Source: Chiloscyllium plagiosum
Lineage: Eukaryota
Direction of reading: 5' to 3'
DNA length: 35,566 bases
Assembly (NCBI RefSeq): GCF_004010195.1
Contig: NC_057720.1
Span: 4,593,391 to 4,628,956 of the forward strand
Of this stretch, positions 21,210 to 33,079 are shown one piece after another; position 1 is the stretch's first letter; each line of letters begins with the position of its first letter. A program made the translations under genes and the position numbers. Under the pieces are notes generated by a model, which saw only the letters and a list, made by a program, of their open reading frames with translations, did not search any database and was not told where the DNA came from.

Positions 21210-24200
21210 TTGTTAAAGGCGTAGTAATTTCTTCCCTCACTTCTTGTAGTAACCTTAGGGATATTCCGTCCAGCCCTGGGGACTTATCTATCCTCATGTT
21301 TTCAAAATTTCCAGTACATACACCTTCTTAATGTCAACCCTGTTTGAGTGTATCAGCCTGTAATATGCTGTTCTCACAAGCAACAAGGTCCCTCTCAGTA
21401 GTGAACACTGAAGCAAAGTATTCGTTAAGGACCTCCCCTACCTCCTCTGACTCCAGTCACAAGTTCCCTCCACTGTCCCTGATTGGCCCTAATCTCACTC
21501 TGGCCATCCTCTTGTTCTTCACATAAGTGTAGAACAGCTTGGGGTCTTCCTTAATCCTAGTGGCCAAGGCTTTTTCATGCCTCCTTTTAGCTCTTCTAAG
21601 TCCATTCTTCAGTCCTTCCTAGCTACCTTGTAACCCTCAAGAGCCTTGTCTTATCTTTGCCTCCTCAACCTTAAGTAAGCTTCCTTCTTCTTCTTGATTA
21701 GATGCTCCACATCTCTTGTCATCCAACGTTCCTTCAGACGACTATGCCTTCCTTGCCTCAGTGGGACAAACCTATCCAGCATTCGTAGCAAATGCTCCCT
21801 GAATAAACTCCACATTTCTGTTGTGCATTTTCCTGAGAATACCTGTTCTGAATTTATGCTCCACACTTCCTACCTAATAGTGTTGTAATTCCCCCTCCCC
21901 CCCATTAAATACTTTCTCATACCATCTGCTTCTACCCTTCTCCATGACTGAAGGTCAGGGAGTTGTGATACTATCACCGAAATGCTCTCCCACCGAGAGA
22001 TCTGACACCTGACTTGGTTCATTGCCAAGCACTAAATCCAATTTGTCCTCCCTTCTAGTCAGCCTAGCTACATATTGAGTCAGGAAACCTTCATGGACAC
22101 ACCTGTCAAAATCTACTCCATGTTTCAGTAAGATCAGGGAAGATGGTTAAGGGGGGGAGGTGTGGCATTGTTAGTCAAGGACAGTATTACGGTGGCAGAA
22201 TGGACATTTAATGAGGACTTGTCGACAGAGGTAGTGTGGGCTGAGGTTAGAAACAGGAGAGGCCACCCTGTTGGGAGGTTTTTTTGTAGGCCTCTGAATG
22301 GTTCCAGAGATGTAGAGGAAATGATTGCAAAGATGATTCTGGGTAGGAGCAAAAGTAATAGGGTAGTTGTTATGGGGGACTTTAATATTCCAAATATTGA
22401 CTGGAAACGCTATAGTTGAGTACTTTAGATGGGGGAGTTTATGTCCAACGTGTGCAGGAGGGTTTCCTGACACAGTATGTAGACAGGCCAACAAGAGGCA
22501 AGGCCACATTGGATTTAGTACTGGGTAATGAACGAGGTCATGTGTTAGATTTGGAGGTAGGGGAGCACTTTGGTGATAGTGACCATAATTCAGTTTTGTT
22601 TACTTTAGGGATAGGTATATACCAAAGGACAAGAGTTATAGCTGGGGGAAAGGCAATTATGATACAATTAGGCAAGATTTAGGAAACATAGGATGGGGAA
22701 GGAAACTGCAGGGGATGGGCATAATTGAAATGTGGAGCTTGTTTTAGGAACAGCTACAGCATTGTCCTTGATAAGTATGTATCTGTCAGGCATGGAGGAA
22801 GTGGTCAAGCGAGGGAGCCATGGTTTACTAAAGAAGTTGAGTCTCTTGTTATGAGGAAGAAGGAACTTATGTAAAGATGAGATGTGAAGGCTCAGTTAGG
22901 GAACTTGGCAGTTACAAGTTAGCCAGGAAAAACCTGAAGAGAGAGCTAAGAAGAGCCAGGAGGGGACATGGAAGTCTTTGGCACAAAGGATCAAGCAAAC
23001 CCTAAAGCTTTCTATAGGTATGTCAGGAATAAAAGAATGACTCGAGTAAGATTAGGGCCAGTCAAGGAGAGGAGTGAGTAGTTGTGCGTGGTGTCCAAGG
23101 AGATAGGAGAGGCAGTAAATGGACATTTTTTGCCAGTATTTACACAGGAAAAAGACAATGTTGTTGAGGAGAATACTGAAAACAGGCTACTAGACTCTAC
23201 AGTATTGAGGTTCACAAGGAAGAGGTGTTAGCAATTCTGGAAAGTGTGAAAATAAATAAATCCCCAGGGCCAGATGGGAAGCTAGAGAGGAGATTGCAGA
23301 GCCTTTAACTTTGATCTTTACATCATCATTGTCTACAAGAATAGTGCCAGAAAGCTGGAGGATAGCAAATGTACCCTTGTTCAAGAAGGGGAGTAGAGAC
23401 AACCCTGGTAATTATAGACCAGTGAGCCTTACTTTAGTTGTGGGTAAAGTGTTGGAAAAGATTATAAAAGATAGGATTTGTAATCATCTAGAAAGGAATA
23501 AATTGATTACGGATAGTCAACATAGTTTTGTGAAGGGTAGGTCATGCTTCACAAACCTTTCTGAGTTCTTTGTGATGGTGACCAAACAGGGTGATGAGGG
23601 TAAAGTGGTTGATGTGGTGTGTATGAACTTCAGTAAAGCGTTTGATAAGGTTCCCCACAGTAGGCTATTGCAGATAATATGGAGGCATGGGATTGAGGGT
23701 GATTTGGCAGTTTGGATCAGAAATTGTCTACCTGAAAGAAGACAGAGGGTGGTGGTTGATGGGAAATGTTCATCCTGGAGTTTACTTACTAGTGATGTAC
23801 CACAAGGATCTGTTTTGGGGTCACTTCTGTTTGTCATTTTTATAAATGACCTGGATGAAGGTGTAGAAGGATGGGTTAGTAAGTTTGCAGATGACACAAA
23901 GGTCAGTGAAGTTGTGAACAATGCAGAAGGATGTTGTAGGTTACAGAGGGACATACATAAGCTTGAGAGGTGGCAAATGGAGTATAATGCAGAAAAGTGT
24001 GAGGTGATTCACTTTGGAAGGAGTAACAGGAATACAGAGTACTGGGCTAATGGTAAGATTCTTTGTAGTGTAGATGAGCAGAGAGATCTCGGTGTCCATG
24101 TGCACATATCCCTGAAAGTTGCCACCCAGGTTGATAGGGTTGTTAAGAAGGCATACGGTGTGTTAGCTTTTATTGGTAGAGGGATTGAGGTTTGGAGCTA

Positions 24201-25172
24201 TGAGGTCATGTTGCAGCTGTACAAAACTCTGGTGCAGACGCACTTGGAGTATTGCATACAGTTCTGGTCACCGCATTATAGGAAGGATGTGGAAGCTTTG
24301 GAAAGGGTTCAAAGGAGATTTACCAGAATGTTTCCTGCTGTGGTGAGATGGTCTTATGATGAAAGGCTGAGGGATTTGAGGTTGTTTTCATTAGAGAGAA
24401 GAAGGTTGAGAGATGACTTAATAAAGGCATATAAGATGATCGGAAGATTAGATATGGTGGACAGTGAGAGCCTTTTTCCTCAGTTGGTGATGGCTAGCAT
24501 GAGGGGACATAGCTTTAAATTGAGGGGTGATCAACATAGGACAGATGTCAGAGGCAGGTTCTTTACTCAGAGAGTAGTAAGGGCGTGGAATGCCCTGCCT
24601 TCAACAGTAGTAGACTCGCCAACATTAAAGGCATTTAAATGGTCATTGGATAAACATATGGATGATAATGGAACAATGTACGTTAGATTGGCTTTAGATT
24701 GGTTTCACAGGTCGACACAACATTGAGGGCCGAAGGGCCTGTACTGTGCTGTAATGATCTATGTTCAAACTATTTGCACTAAGGAGGTTCAAGTCAATAT
24801 TAGGAAAGTTGAAGTCATCCACAACAACAATCCTGTTACTTCTGCACCTCTCCAAAATCTGCCTCCCAATCTGCTCCTCTGTATCTCTATTGCTGTTGGA
24901 GGGTGAGGGGGGGGGCGGGGTTATGTAGAAAACTCCTAATAAAGTGACTGCTCTTTTCCTGTTTCTGACTTCCACCCACAATGACTCAGTTGACAAACCC
25001 TCCTCAACGACCTCCCTTTCTGCAGCTGTGATACTGTCCCTGATTAGCAATGCCCCTCCACCACCTCTTTTACCTCCCTCCCTATTCCTTTTGAACCACC
25101 TAAACCCCGGGACATCCAATGACCTGTGATATCCAAGTCTCTGTAATGGCCACAACATCATAGCTCCAAGTT
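21210..25172 (-). mobile_element. CR1 ORF2 (APE endonuclease and linker), split by an antiparallel CR1; pieces at 21210-22120 and 24767-25172
   Basis: ORF 24694..25344: GGGALLIRDSI...VVDDFNFPNID. The sequence ctactcca|tcaaactatttgc rejoins across the insertion. Confidence 0.82.
22121..24766 (+). mobile_element. Long 5'-truncated CR1: disrupted APE and linker, open RT frame 23311-24726
   Basis: VMGDFN and GDSDHN (APE); PQGSVLG and FADDTK (RT). Stops and frameshifts occur upstream of 23311. Confidence 0.95.
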
Positions 25173-25228
25173 TGTTCAGTATTGCTTTCCTGGAGAATGT
25201 CTTCACTGTTGCTACAAATATTGTGGTA

Positions 25229-25752
25229 CAGGCCGTGGGTTCGGTTTCAGCGGTTTCAGTTACCTGTGATTTACCGCAGCCCAAACATATTAGATTTAGA
25301 TTACTCACAGTGTGGAAACAGCCCCTTTGGTCCAATAAGTCCACACCGACCCTCCGAAGAGCAACTCACCCAGACCCATTCCCCTACATTTACCCCTTCA
25401 CTTAACACTACAGGCAATTTAGCACGGCTAATTCACCTAACCTACAGATCTTTGGAGTATGGGACGAAACCGGAGCACCTGGAGGAAAGCCACGCAGACA
25501 CGGGGAGAATGTGCAAACTCCACACAGACAGTTGCCTGAGGCGGGAATTGCACCCGAGTCTCTGGCGCTGTGAGGCAGCAGTGCTAACCACTGTGCCACC
25601 GTGCTGCCCATTACAGGGAGCATTCCAGAACCAGGGAGTCGCCGGGAAGGTAAATTTCCCATTTAAATTAATGAATTCGCGACTGTCTGTGGTTTAGGGC
25701 TTCCGCAGTAGGTCTTGTAATGTACTCCCCCATGGGTATGGGGGCAATACTG
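25229..25752. mobile_element. Tigger-type MITE (second copy) with nested HE1
   Basis: TA|cag...actg|TA ends; ggtttcagttacctg and tttcccatttaaat are shared with 10898-11121. Confidence 0.72.
25291..25609 (-). mobile_element. Full-length HE1 SINE
   Basis: Head, V-domain and tail on the minus strand. Confidence 0.9.
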
Positions 25753-26040
25753 TAATTAGTTTGACTTTAAATTTATCAAAGGTGCTTTGGCATAATTTTG
25801 TCCATTCAAATTTATTTTTTACTTCTTTAGAGGCTACGTGGCCTTATCCCGTAGTGTCAGTCGCTTCCAGTTTGACAAATTTACTTTCAGCCAGAAACTT
25901 CTGAAATGCTCTTCAGCCAACTCATTATTTTCTGAAACGTGGAAAGAGGCCAAAAGGCTGGTTTTGAAGCTTCAGCTTGTAAATTTCCTTTTAATGAAAT
26001 GTAGGGGCTCCGTCACCCTGTTTTCATACATCTGTTCAAA

Positions 26041-26284
26041 GGGCAGTGCTTGTCACTGGCCACCTCGGTGTTTCCTTTCTTCCTGGTGGTGGAATCTGAA
26101 TAAAGATTTGTACACCTGTTGTCCTTCACTGTGTCTGACACCTACACACACACAACATGGGTGCTGGGGAAAGTATAAGCACTACCGCCGTTAGGTGGCA
26201 GTGTCGGGGTGAGAAAGAAAATGAAAAAAACACTATAAACAGGGGATTTAGAATCTCCTCAGTTTAAAAAAGAAAGAAAGTAAA
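26041..26284 (+). mobile_element. Short retroposed insertion (LINE 3'UTR-like) with a 17-bp TSD and A-rich tail
   Basis: TSD tcatacatctgttcaaa at 26024-26040 and 26285-26301; aataaa at 26099; hairpin at 26180-26203. Confidence 0.75.
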
Positions 26285-26508
26285 TCATACATCTGTTCAA
26301 AATGACTCAATCCTTTGGTGTCATCGGGGCATCCCTCTTGGCAAACAGTTACACAGTAAATTCTTCATCCTAATCAATAAACTTCAATCAGAGTATTCTT
26401 GAGACCATGGAATGATAGGATGAATACAATCTCTGACTATTTTGGATATAAGATTTGAGACTTGATCTGGTTATATTTCTTTTGATAATCCTTATCAGTA
26501 TCAGTTTT

Positions 26509-27245
26509 CACTCAGATCAACTGGCAGAGGTCTTCTCAGACATCTCCAATCTCTCCCTGCAGCAGGCCCCTGTCCCTGCCTGTTTCAAGAGGCCAACATC
26601 ATCCCTGTGCCTAAGAAGGCTCATGCAGCATGTCTCAATGACTATCACCCAGTGGCCCTAACTTCAGTGGTCATGAAGTGCTTTGAAAGGTTGGTCATGG
26701 CATTAATCAACTCCAGCCTCCCCACTTCTCTTGACCCACTCCAATTTGCCTATCGGACCAACAGATCCACGTTAGATGCCACTTGCCCTTCATTCCTCCC
26801 TAGAACATCTTGACACCAAGAACAGCTACGTAAGAATCCTACTCATTGACTACAATTTAGCCTTCAACACTATTCTCCCCTCGAGACTGATTACTAAACT
26901 TAGTGATCTCAGACTAAGCCCCATTCTATGCAACTCGATCCTCAGTTTCCTGACCCACAGGCCACAATCAGTGAAGATTGGGGACAATATTTCATCCTCA
27001 CTAACACTCAACACTGGAGCCCCCCCCAGGGGTGTGTACTCAGCCCCCTACTGTACTCACTGCATACCCCTGACTGTGTCGCCAAATACCAGACTAATGC
27101 CATTTACAAGTTCACTGATGACACCACCATAGTCAGTCGACTCTCAGATGGCAATGAAACAGATGGGAGGTGGAAGACCCTGAAAAATGGTGCTTTTCAC
27201 TGTGCCTCGGTACACATGACGATAAATTCAATTCAATTCAATTCA
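26509..27245 (+). mobile_element. Rex1/Babar-like LINE RT fragment with internal deletion
   Basis: [66 protein letters not shown]; (aattc)n tail. Confidence 0.88.
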
Positions 27246-27734
27246 GTTTTGCTATAATTTGGCTCAAAGCTTGTTGGACACGTTCATTGTTAAAAGATTG
27301 TTAAATAGTATTGATTCCCCGTCTGAAGTGGAATTTTCTCAACTGAACATGGCCAATGACAAGTCAGCTAGTAAAATACAAGAACTCAGAAAAATCAGAC
27401 TCTCAATGTTCTGAAGACTGCAGGCTGAATCCTACTGTTTTTTGCCAAAATGTGAGTTGTGTTGGATTTGGTGGAGTGATTTGTATGATGAGGCCAAATG
27501 CTATATCTTATCAAACTCACCAGATTAATTGGCGGTTCACCTGTTGCAGCAAGAATCATGCACTATTTCCACCGCAACCTATCACATTCTGTCCCCAGAG
27601 CAACTCGCCACTCAGCAGATATTCTCCCTAACATCAGCATTCCCAGTGGATGCGCTTCAGGAGGACAGCTAGCATCTGGAAGGAGTCACGGGAGATGTCA
27701 GAGAAGAGGGAGCAGACACCACCCTTCTAATTTG

Positions 27735-28265
27735 AGTGTAGTAAACAAAATTAAAGCACATGGGATCAGGATTAATATATTAGACTGAGGATTGGTTAAC
27801 AGGCAGAAAACAAAGAGCATGAATCAAGGGAAATTTCTCACCTGGCAGACTGTGAGTCTTGAAGTACCAGTGCTTAGGGTCCAACTGTTCACAATCTATA
27901 TCAACATTTGGATGTGGAGTCAGAACTCCTGTGGCACAGTGGTAATGTCCATACCTTTGGGTCAGAAGGCCTGGGTTCAAGTCCCACCTGCTCTTGAGAT
28001 ATGTCATAATATATCTGAGCAGTTTGATTAAAAATGGGCTCTGCTGGTGGTACAGTGGTAATGTTCCTACCTTTGAGCCAAGAGGCTTAGGTTCATAGTC
28101 CTGTCTGTTCCAGAGCTGTGTCATAACATTGTAGAACAGGCTGATTAGAAAATATCTGGATTTGGGGCTAATTTAATACTTCCAAGCCTGAGAGAAGATA
28201 CAAAACCCAGTGGTTTTCAAGATAATGCAACAAGGCTTCAAAGGCATTTCAACAGGTTGAGCATG
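27735..28265 (+). mobile_element. Old CR1 RT fragment interrupted by two short tRNA-derived SINEs
   Basis: KIKAHGIR...EDWLTGRKQR...VPVLRVQLFTIYIN. Confidence 0.55.
27925..28153 (+). mobile_element. Two tandem ~110-bp tRNA-derived SINE units
   Basis: Each has tgg(c/t)acagtggtaatg (A box), ggttca (B box) and a tgtcataa...tgatta end. Confidence 0.65.
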
Positions 28266-29049
28266 AAGACCTTATCAACAATTATTGTCAGTGCTATTGC
28301 CACTGTTTTTGTTTGAGTGATGGGGTGGGGTTACTGCAGAATAACTGGAGCCAGGAAGTATGAACAAAGGGATATATGGTCAGCAATCAATAGTGAATTG
28401 ATCTATGGAGAGGTGATTAATTGTCAATGATGAAGATATACTATCTGCCAACAAATAGGTGATTGACTCCCATGTCAAATGGTAGGCCCAGAAGACTTGA
28501 GATCTCTGGCAGGAAAGTGGTATCTATCTTTCTGCAGTTAGAAATGCTCAAAGGACTGCAAGGAGCCTCTTTAATTTCCCTCAGCGGTTGTTGTAACCTG
28601 TTGCATTTAAATAGTAGGTCAGAGACTTTATGAGTTGTGAACTAGTCACTCTGTGCCTCCTCTAAGAAAATGAAAGTATCGCAAGATGAGATATTGACGA
28701 ACAGCAAGAAACCCGAACCCTGGGGTCAGTGAACATTAAATTGCCTTTCCCTCTATTCAGATCATCAATTTTTCATTGCCTGTGTCATCAGTATATGTGT
28801 CAGGGAGTTTATAAAGGAGTTAGAGTTCCAATTAGTCAAGTTATGTATCGACAATTCACAATAGTTTGCCTGTGGTTAGACTCTACTTATTTGTCATAAC
28901 TTTTCTGAAGTTCAGAAAACTTGGTCTGAGCTCTCTGTCAACGTGTGCCTAAAACCACAAGTACATTGGGGACTTTACATACTCTGTTAAAATCTTTAAC
29001 TTTTGTGATGACTCTAGGGATAGTGAAGGACGATAGCCCAGTGAGATGT

Positions 29050-29660
29050 GACATGCGTGGGCAAAGATGTGGCAGATTGAATGGAATGTCAGTAAATGTG
29101 AGGTTAACCACTTCAGTAGGAGGGATAAAGGTCTGGAGTACTTCTGAAATAGTGAAATATTGAATGGTATTGGTAACCACAGGGTGAAGGTGTCTTTGTA
29201 CTGGATGCCGACACATAGGTGCACCACGCACATCAGAAGGGAAGTGAATTAATAACCTTTACCACTTGAGGACTTGAGTACAAATGCATGACATTTTTAT
29301 TCAATTCTACAGAACACTGGTGAGACCGTATCAGGAGTACTGGGGCAGGGTGGATGGTGGTGGTAGAAGGGACATTTCTGGTCCCGTTGCCTCAGAGAGG
29401 ATATTCTGGCCATAGAGGTATTGCAGCACAAGTCACCAGACTGATAGCTGAGATGGGGGACTGACCCATCAGGAGATATGGTGGAGACGTGGCTTGTATT
29501 CTCTGATGTCTGGGAGAATGAGAAGAGATCTAAATTCAGAGAGGGATAGTCAGAGTAAACACAGAAAGGATATTTTGCCTGGCGGTGGAGTGTCACAACG
29601 TAACTAGAACATGGGCACCAATAATCATGCCCCCACAGTACCTCAAGCCAAAGTAAATGG
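29050..29660 (+). mobile_element. Highly decayed CR1 fragments
   Basis: aagatgtggcagattgaa...aaatgtgaggtt and caattctacagaacactggtgagacc. Confidence 0.5.
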
Positions 29661-29710
29661 AGAAGATAGGAGCATTCAACCCAAGCCTGTTCCACTATTC
29701 AATTGATCAG

Positions 29711-29805
29711 GGCTGATCATTAAACTCACCCAATAGCTGATCATTAAACTCACCCCAATGGCTGATCACTAAACTCACCCCAATGGCTGATCACTAAACT
29801 CACTG
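29711..29805. repeat. ~24-bp tandem repeat, 4 copies (gctgatca[t/c]taaactcacccaat[a/g])
   Basis: Read directly; lies within a minus-strand CR1 3'UTR remnant. Confidence 0.88.
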
Positions 29806-29899
29806 CAGTGGGACATCTTTTTGCAGTCTGGCAGGTCAACACATCTTTGTTCTGCCATTCTCCCATTTTGATCACTTAATCTAAACAATCAACATTTTT

Positions 29900-30115
29900 T
29901 CTCCACCAGCACTCCACACCTCACCACTGTCACACACATCCCCAAGTACAGTATAAATGCTGTCCCCTCTACATTTCACTTCAGCTCTGATGAAGAGTCA
30001 TCTAGACCTGAAACGGTAGCTTGCTCTCGCTCCATGGATGCTGCCTGACCTGCTGTGACCTCCAGCATTTATTGTATTCAGTTCAGATTCCAGCATTTGC
30101 AGTAATTTGCTCCCT
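29900..30115 (+). mobile_element. Penelope-like pLTR with a hammerhead motif (29983-30021)
   Basis: tataaa, then agct-CUGAUGA-agaguc-aucua-gaccu-GAAAC-GGUA-gcu, then gatgctgcctgacctgctg...ccagcatttgcag. Confidence 0.7.
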
Positions 30116-30233
30116 CATGGTAAATTTCTTTATCCTACCAGACGAACCAACAAGAATGAGATAAAATTCTTAGAGCTAAAGGGATCAAAAGGTATAGGGA
30201 GAAAGTAGGAACAAGAGACTGAGTTGGATGATT

Positions 30234-30552
30234 AGGGCAGCATGATGGCTCCGTGGTTAGCATTGCTGCCTCACAGCAACATGGACCTGGGGTTGATCCT
30301 ACCCGAGGCAACTTTGTGGAGTTTCTCCTTAAGTCTGCGTGTGTCTCCTCCCACAGTCCAAAGATGTGCAGGTTAGGTGGATTGGCCATGCTAAATTTCC
30401 CATGGGATCCAGGTATATATAGGTTAGATGGATTAGCCATGGAAATGCAGATAGAGCAGGTGGGGAGGTGGGTCTAGGGGAGTTACTTTTCAGGGGGTTG
30501 GTATGGCCTTGATGGGCCGAATGGCCTGCTTCCGCTCAGTAGGGATTCTATA
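30234..30552 (+). mobile_element. HE1-related SINE (rearranged)
   Basis: Head gggcagcatgatggctccgtggttagc, partial V-domain, duplicated aggtta(g)(g/a)tggatt(g/a)gccatg. Confidence 0.75.
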
Positions 30553-31077
30553 ATTTAAGATGGTGAATGGGAGTTTTTTTTTCCTTTCAGAAATTGATTA
30601 GTGTTTCAAATTCTTTTACGCAGCAGAGCAGCAGAGGTGAGTCATTAACTATGTTTAACGTTCAGATGGATCGAGTCTTAAGTCTGAAGCTGGGCAGGTG
30701 AGTAGAAATCAAGTCAGTATCAGAGTCTCCGTGATCTTCTTGAATAGTGGACCAGCCTGAGGACAGATGGAGAAGGAATTTCTTGACAGGGTGGGGACTG
30801 TTTGTCATTGTCTACACCAGCTGACCATGGAAGCTCAAACATCCAGTATATTCAAGATGGAGATTGATGGATTTAAGCAAGCTAATTGCATAAAAGGATT
30901 TGAAGATAGGACAGGAAATGGGCATTGAGAAAATTACACCATTCATGATCCAAATGAATAGAGGAACAGACTTGATGGGCTGAATTGCCAGCTGCTGCTG
31001 CTCCATGATTCAAGGAGAGTGGTGGGAAAGGGGGCTTTGATGTTGACGTAACGGTTGAGGCATAGAGATTAGACTGA

Positions 31078-31655
31078 GTGGATCCCCACAGCCTAAGCCT
31101 CTATGGGACTGTCAATTTCACCTGTCTATCTCTCCAACTTCCCCTCCCCCGGTTCCACATGTCCGATCATCTCGATCTCATTTTTCTCATTCTCTTCCAG
31201 CCCACTCTTGTCGATCCTATTGATCCTGCTCCTCTCTCTCAACCCCGATCTCATCCATCCCACTTGTCACCTCCGCTGCCCCAATCCTGCCCACCCAGGG
31301 CCTGTCAATTCCCCTTCCCTTTTCCTTCCTCCCTCTGTCTCGCTTGTCTCTCTTCTCCACATCATCCCATTGACCCTGGGCTGGTCAAACCCTCTTGGCT
31401 CTCTCTCTCTCTCTCCCCAGTCCTGTTGATCTCTTTTGTCTCTGTCTTTTTCCTTCTGCCATCCTGTTGATCCCTCATGTATTGCTCCCTTCACCCATTT
31501 TGTTGATCGTTCTTGTCTCTCTCCCCTCCCCAATCCTGTTGACCCTGGGCCAGTTGATCCCTTTTGTATCACTCCCCTGCCCATCCTGTCGATCTCAGGC
31601 CAGTTGATCCCTCTTGGCTCTCTCTCTTCCTCCCCATTCAGGTGATCCATCTTGC
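31078..31655. repeat. Pyrimidine-rich degenerate repeat punctuated by gt(t/c)gatc motifs
   Basis: About a dozen GATC sites; internal repeats cctcttggctctctct and tgaccctggg. Confidence 0.6.
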
Positions 31656-31699
31656 CTCTCATATACTCACACTGCTTCTGTTTCACTGGGGTTGCCGGT

Positions 31700-31878
31700 C
31701 TGGTCACTATTGACCCAAGATAGCTGTTAATGAGTTTAACCTGAAGGTCATCGTGCCTCAGGCGAGGGGAGAGGTTGAGATGGCGGATCCTTCCTGGTGA
31801 CCTCAGCTGGTGTGCAAATTGAACCCACATTGTGGCATCACTCTGTATTGCAGACCAACTATCCAGCCAACTGAGCCC
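31700..31878 (-). mobile_element. tRNA-derived SINE
   Basis: Minus strand ggctcagttggctgg (A box)...gggttcaatt (B box)...ctcgcctgaggc. Confidence 0.65.
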
Positions 31879-32056
31879 TACACCATTACTAATGCTAAGG
31901 TTAGCTATTGCAGTCCAAGCAGTGAGATACAGTGTCAGGGCTGGATGGTGGATGGACCTTCAATCTGTGCTGGTTAATGATGAAGGACAAGGAACGAGTG
32001 AATGGGGCAGACTGACTTTCTCTAACATTAAAAATATTAGGCATCAAATTGGAAAG

Positions 32057-32606
32057 TGTTAGAAACGAAAATCGCTTCTCAATAATCGCTCTAGACAAAT
32101 TCAGGAAAACAAAGTTTTATTAACAAGTCAAGTCTGCAGAGTCGGGCACCCTTAAAGAAAAGGCGCGCTGAGGCTTACAAAGTCTCCCATTATATACAGC
32201 ACAAGTCCCTCCTCTCCTTGGCTCCAACAAGCCATGAGGTTCACATTCTTAAAAACATCATTATTTTTATCACAAAGTCTGCAACAAATGTCTTCAGAGT
32301 CTCTAAAGTTGTTGTTTTTCTCACCCTGTAGTCTTATCAGTCAAAGACTTATTCTTCTCTGTCTGTCCTAGCAGTCTTATCAGTCAAGGACTTATCCTTC
32401 CCTGCTGTGTGAATGGCTTCATCAATCAAGAGCCTGCTTGTTTTTACTATCGCTCACAAATTGTCAGCATTCTGCACAATTTAAACTATTCTACTTTTGA
32501 GTATATAAAATGGTTGTTAGAAAAGAAACAAAAGTTTTGTCTTTTATTATAGATCAGTCTGTGGTCCAGGCACATCTTAAAGTTTAAACCGAAATTACCT
32601 CTCACA
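32057..32606 (-). mobile_element. Solo LTR, 550 bp
   Basis: TG...CA ends and 5-bp TSD gaaag (32052-32056 and 32607-32611). On the minus strand, TATA (gtatataa, ~32190) precedes aataaa (~32118). Contains internal direct repeats. Confidence 0.82.
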
Positions 32607-33079
32607 GAAAGGTTCTCAAGAGTTTGAAAAGAATCAGATGGAGATTGTCCAGCTAGGAGAGGCTAGCAGATGTGGGAGGGGTTCATGTTGCAAATAAGTG
32701 ACATAAACGTATTGAAGGGGAAGCCCAGAAGTGTGGGCAGGGTTAAGAGAATAGAAAGATTTTATGGCAGATGAAGAGGATGAATGAGAAACAAGATGAG
32801 AGGATATTCCTTTGAACTTTTGACAATGGCACTGACCAGATGGGCTGAATGGCCTGGTTCCATGCACTACCCACCATGCATGGAAATCTCTGCAGTGCCT
32901 TGTCGAAATGCAACTTCAGGTGTTTCATGTGGATGTAAAACGGCAACATACATTAAATCAAGTTTCCTGACAGATTTTTGTCTCAAGCAAACTGAATAAA
33001 TAAATGTGAGAACCTTCGGTAACAATTACTCAGACCTTGTACCAAACCAATAAATTGTTTTCTCTGTTGTCTTATTCAC

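Noticed and set aside
23311..24726. Functional or domesticated reverse transcriptase gene
   Set aside because: Starts at TTG, the upstream APE is disrupted, it has substitutions at conserved positions, and it ends in an ordinary CR1 tail.
25831..25978. Plus-strand exon or helicase motif (YVALSR) after a good acceptor
   Set aside because: Weak donor and no other helicase motifs nearby. Cannot be supported without expression data.
31078..31830. Overlapping Pro/Leu/Ser- or Gly/Arg-rich ORFs
   Set aside because: Expected from low-complexity, stop-poor composition.
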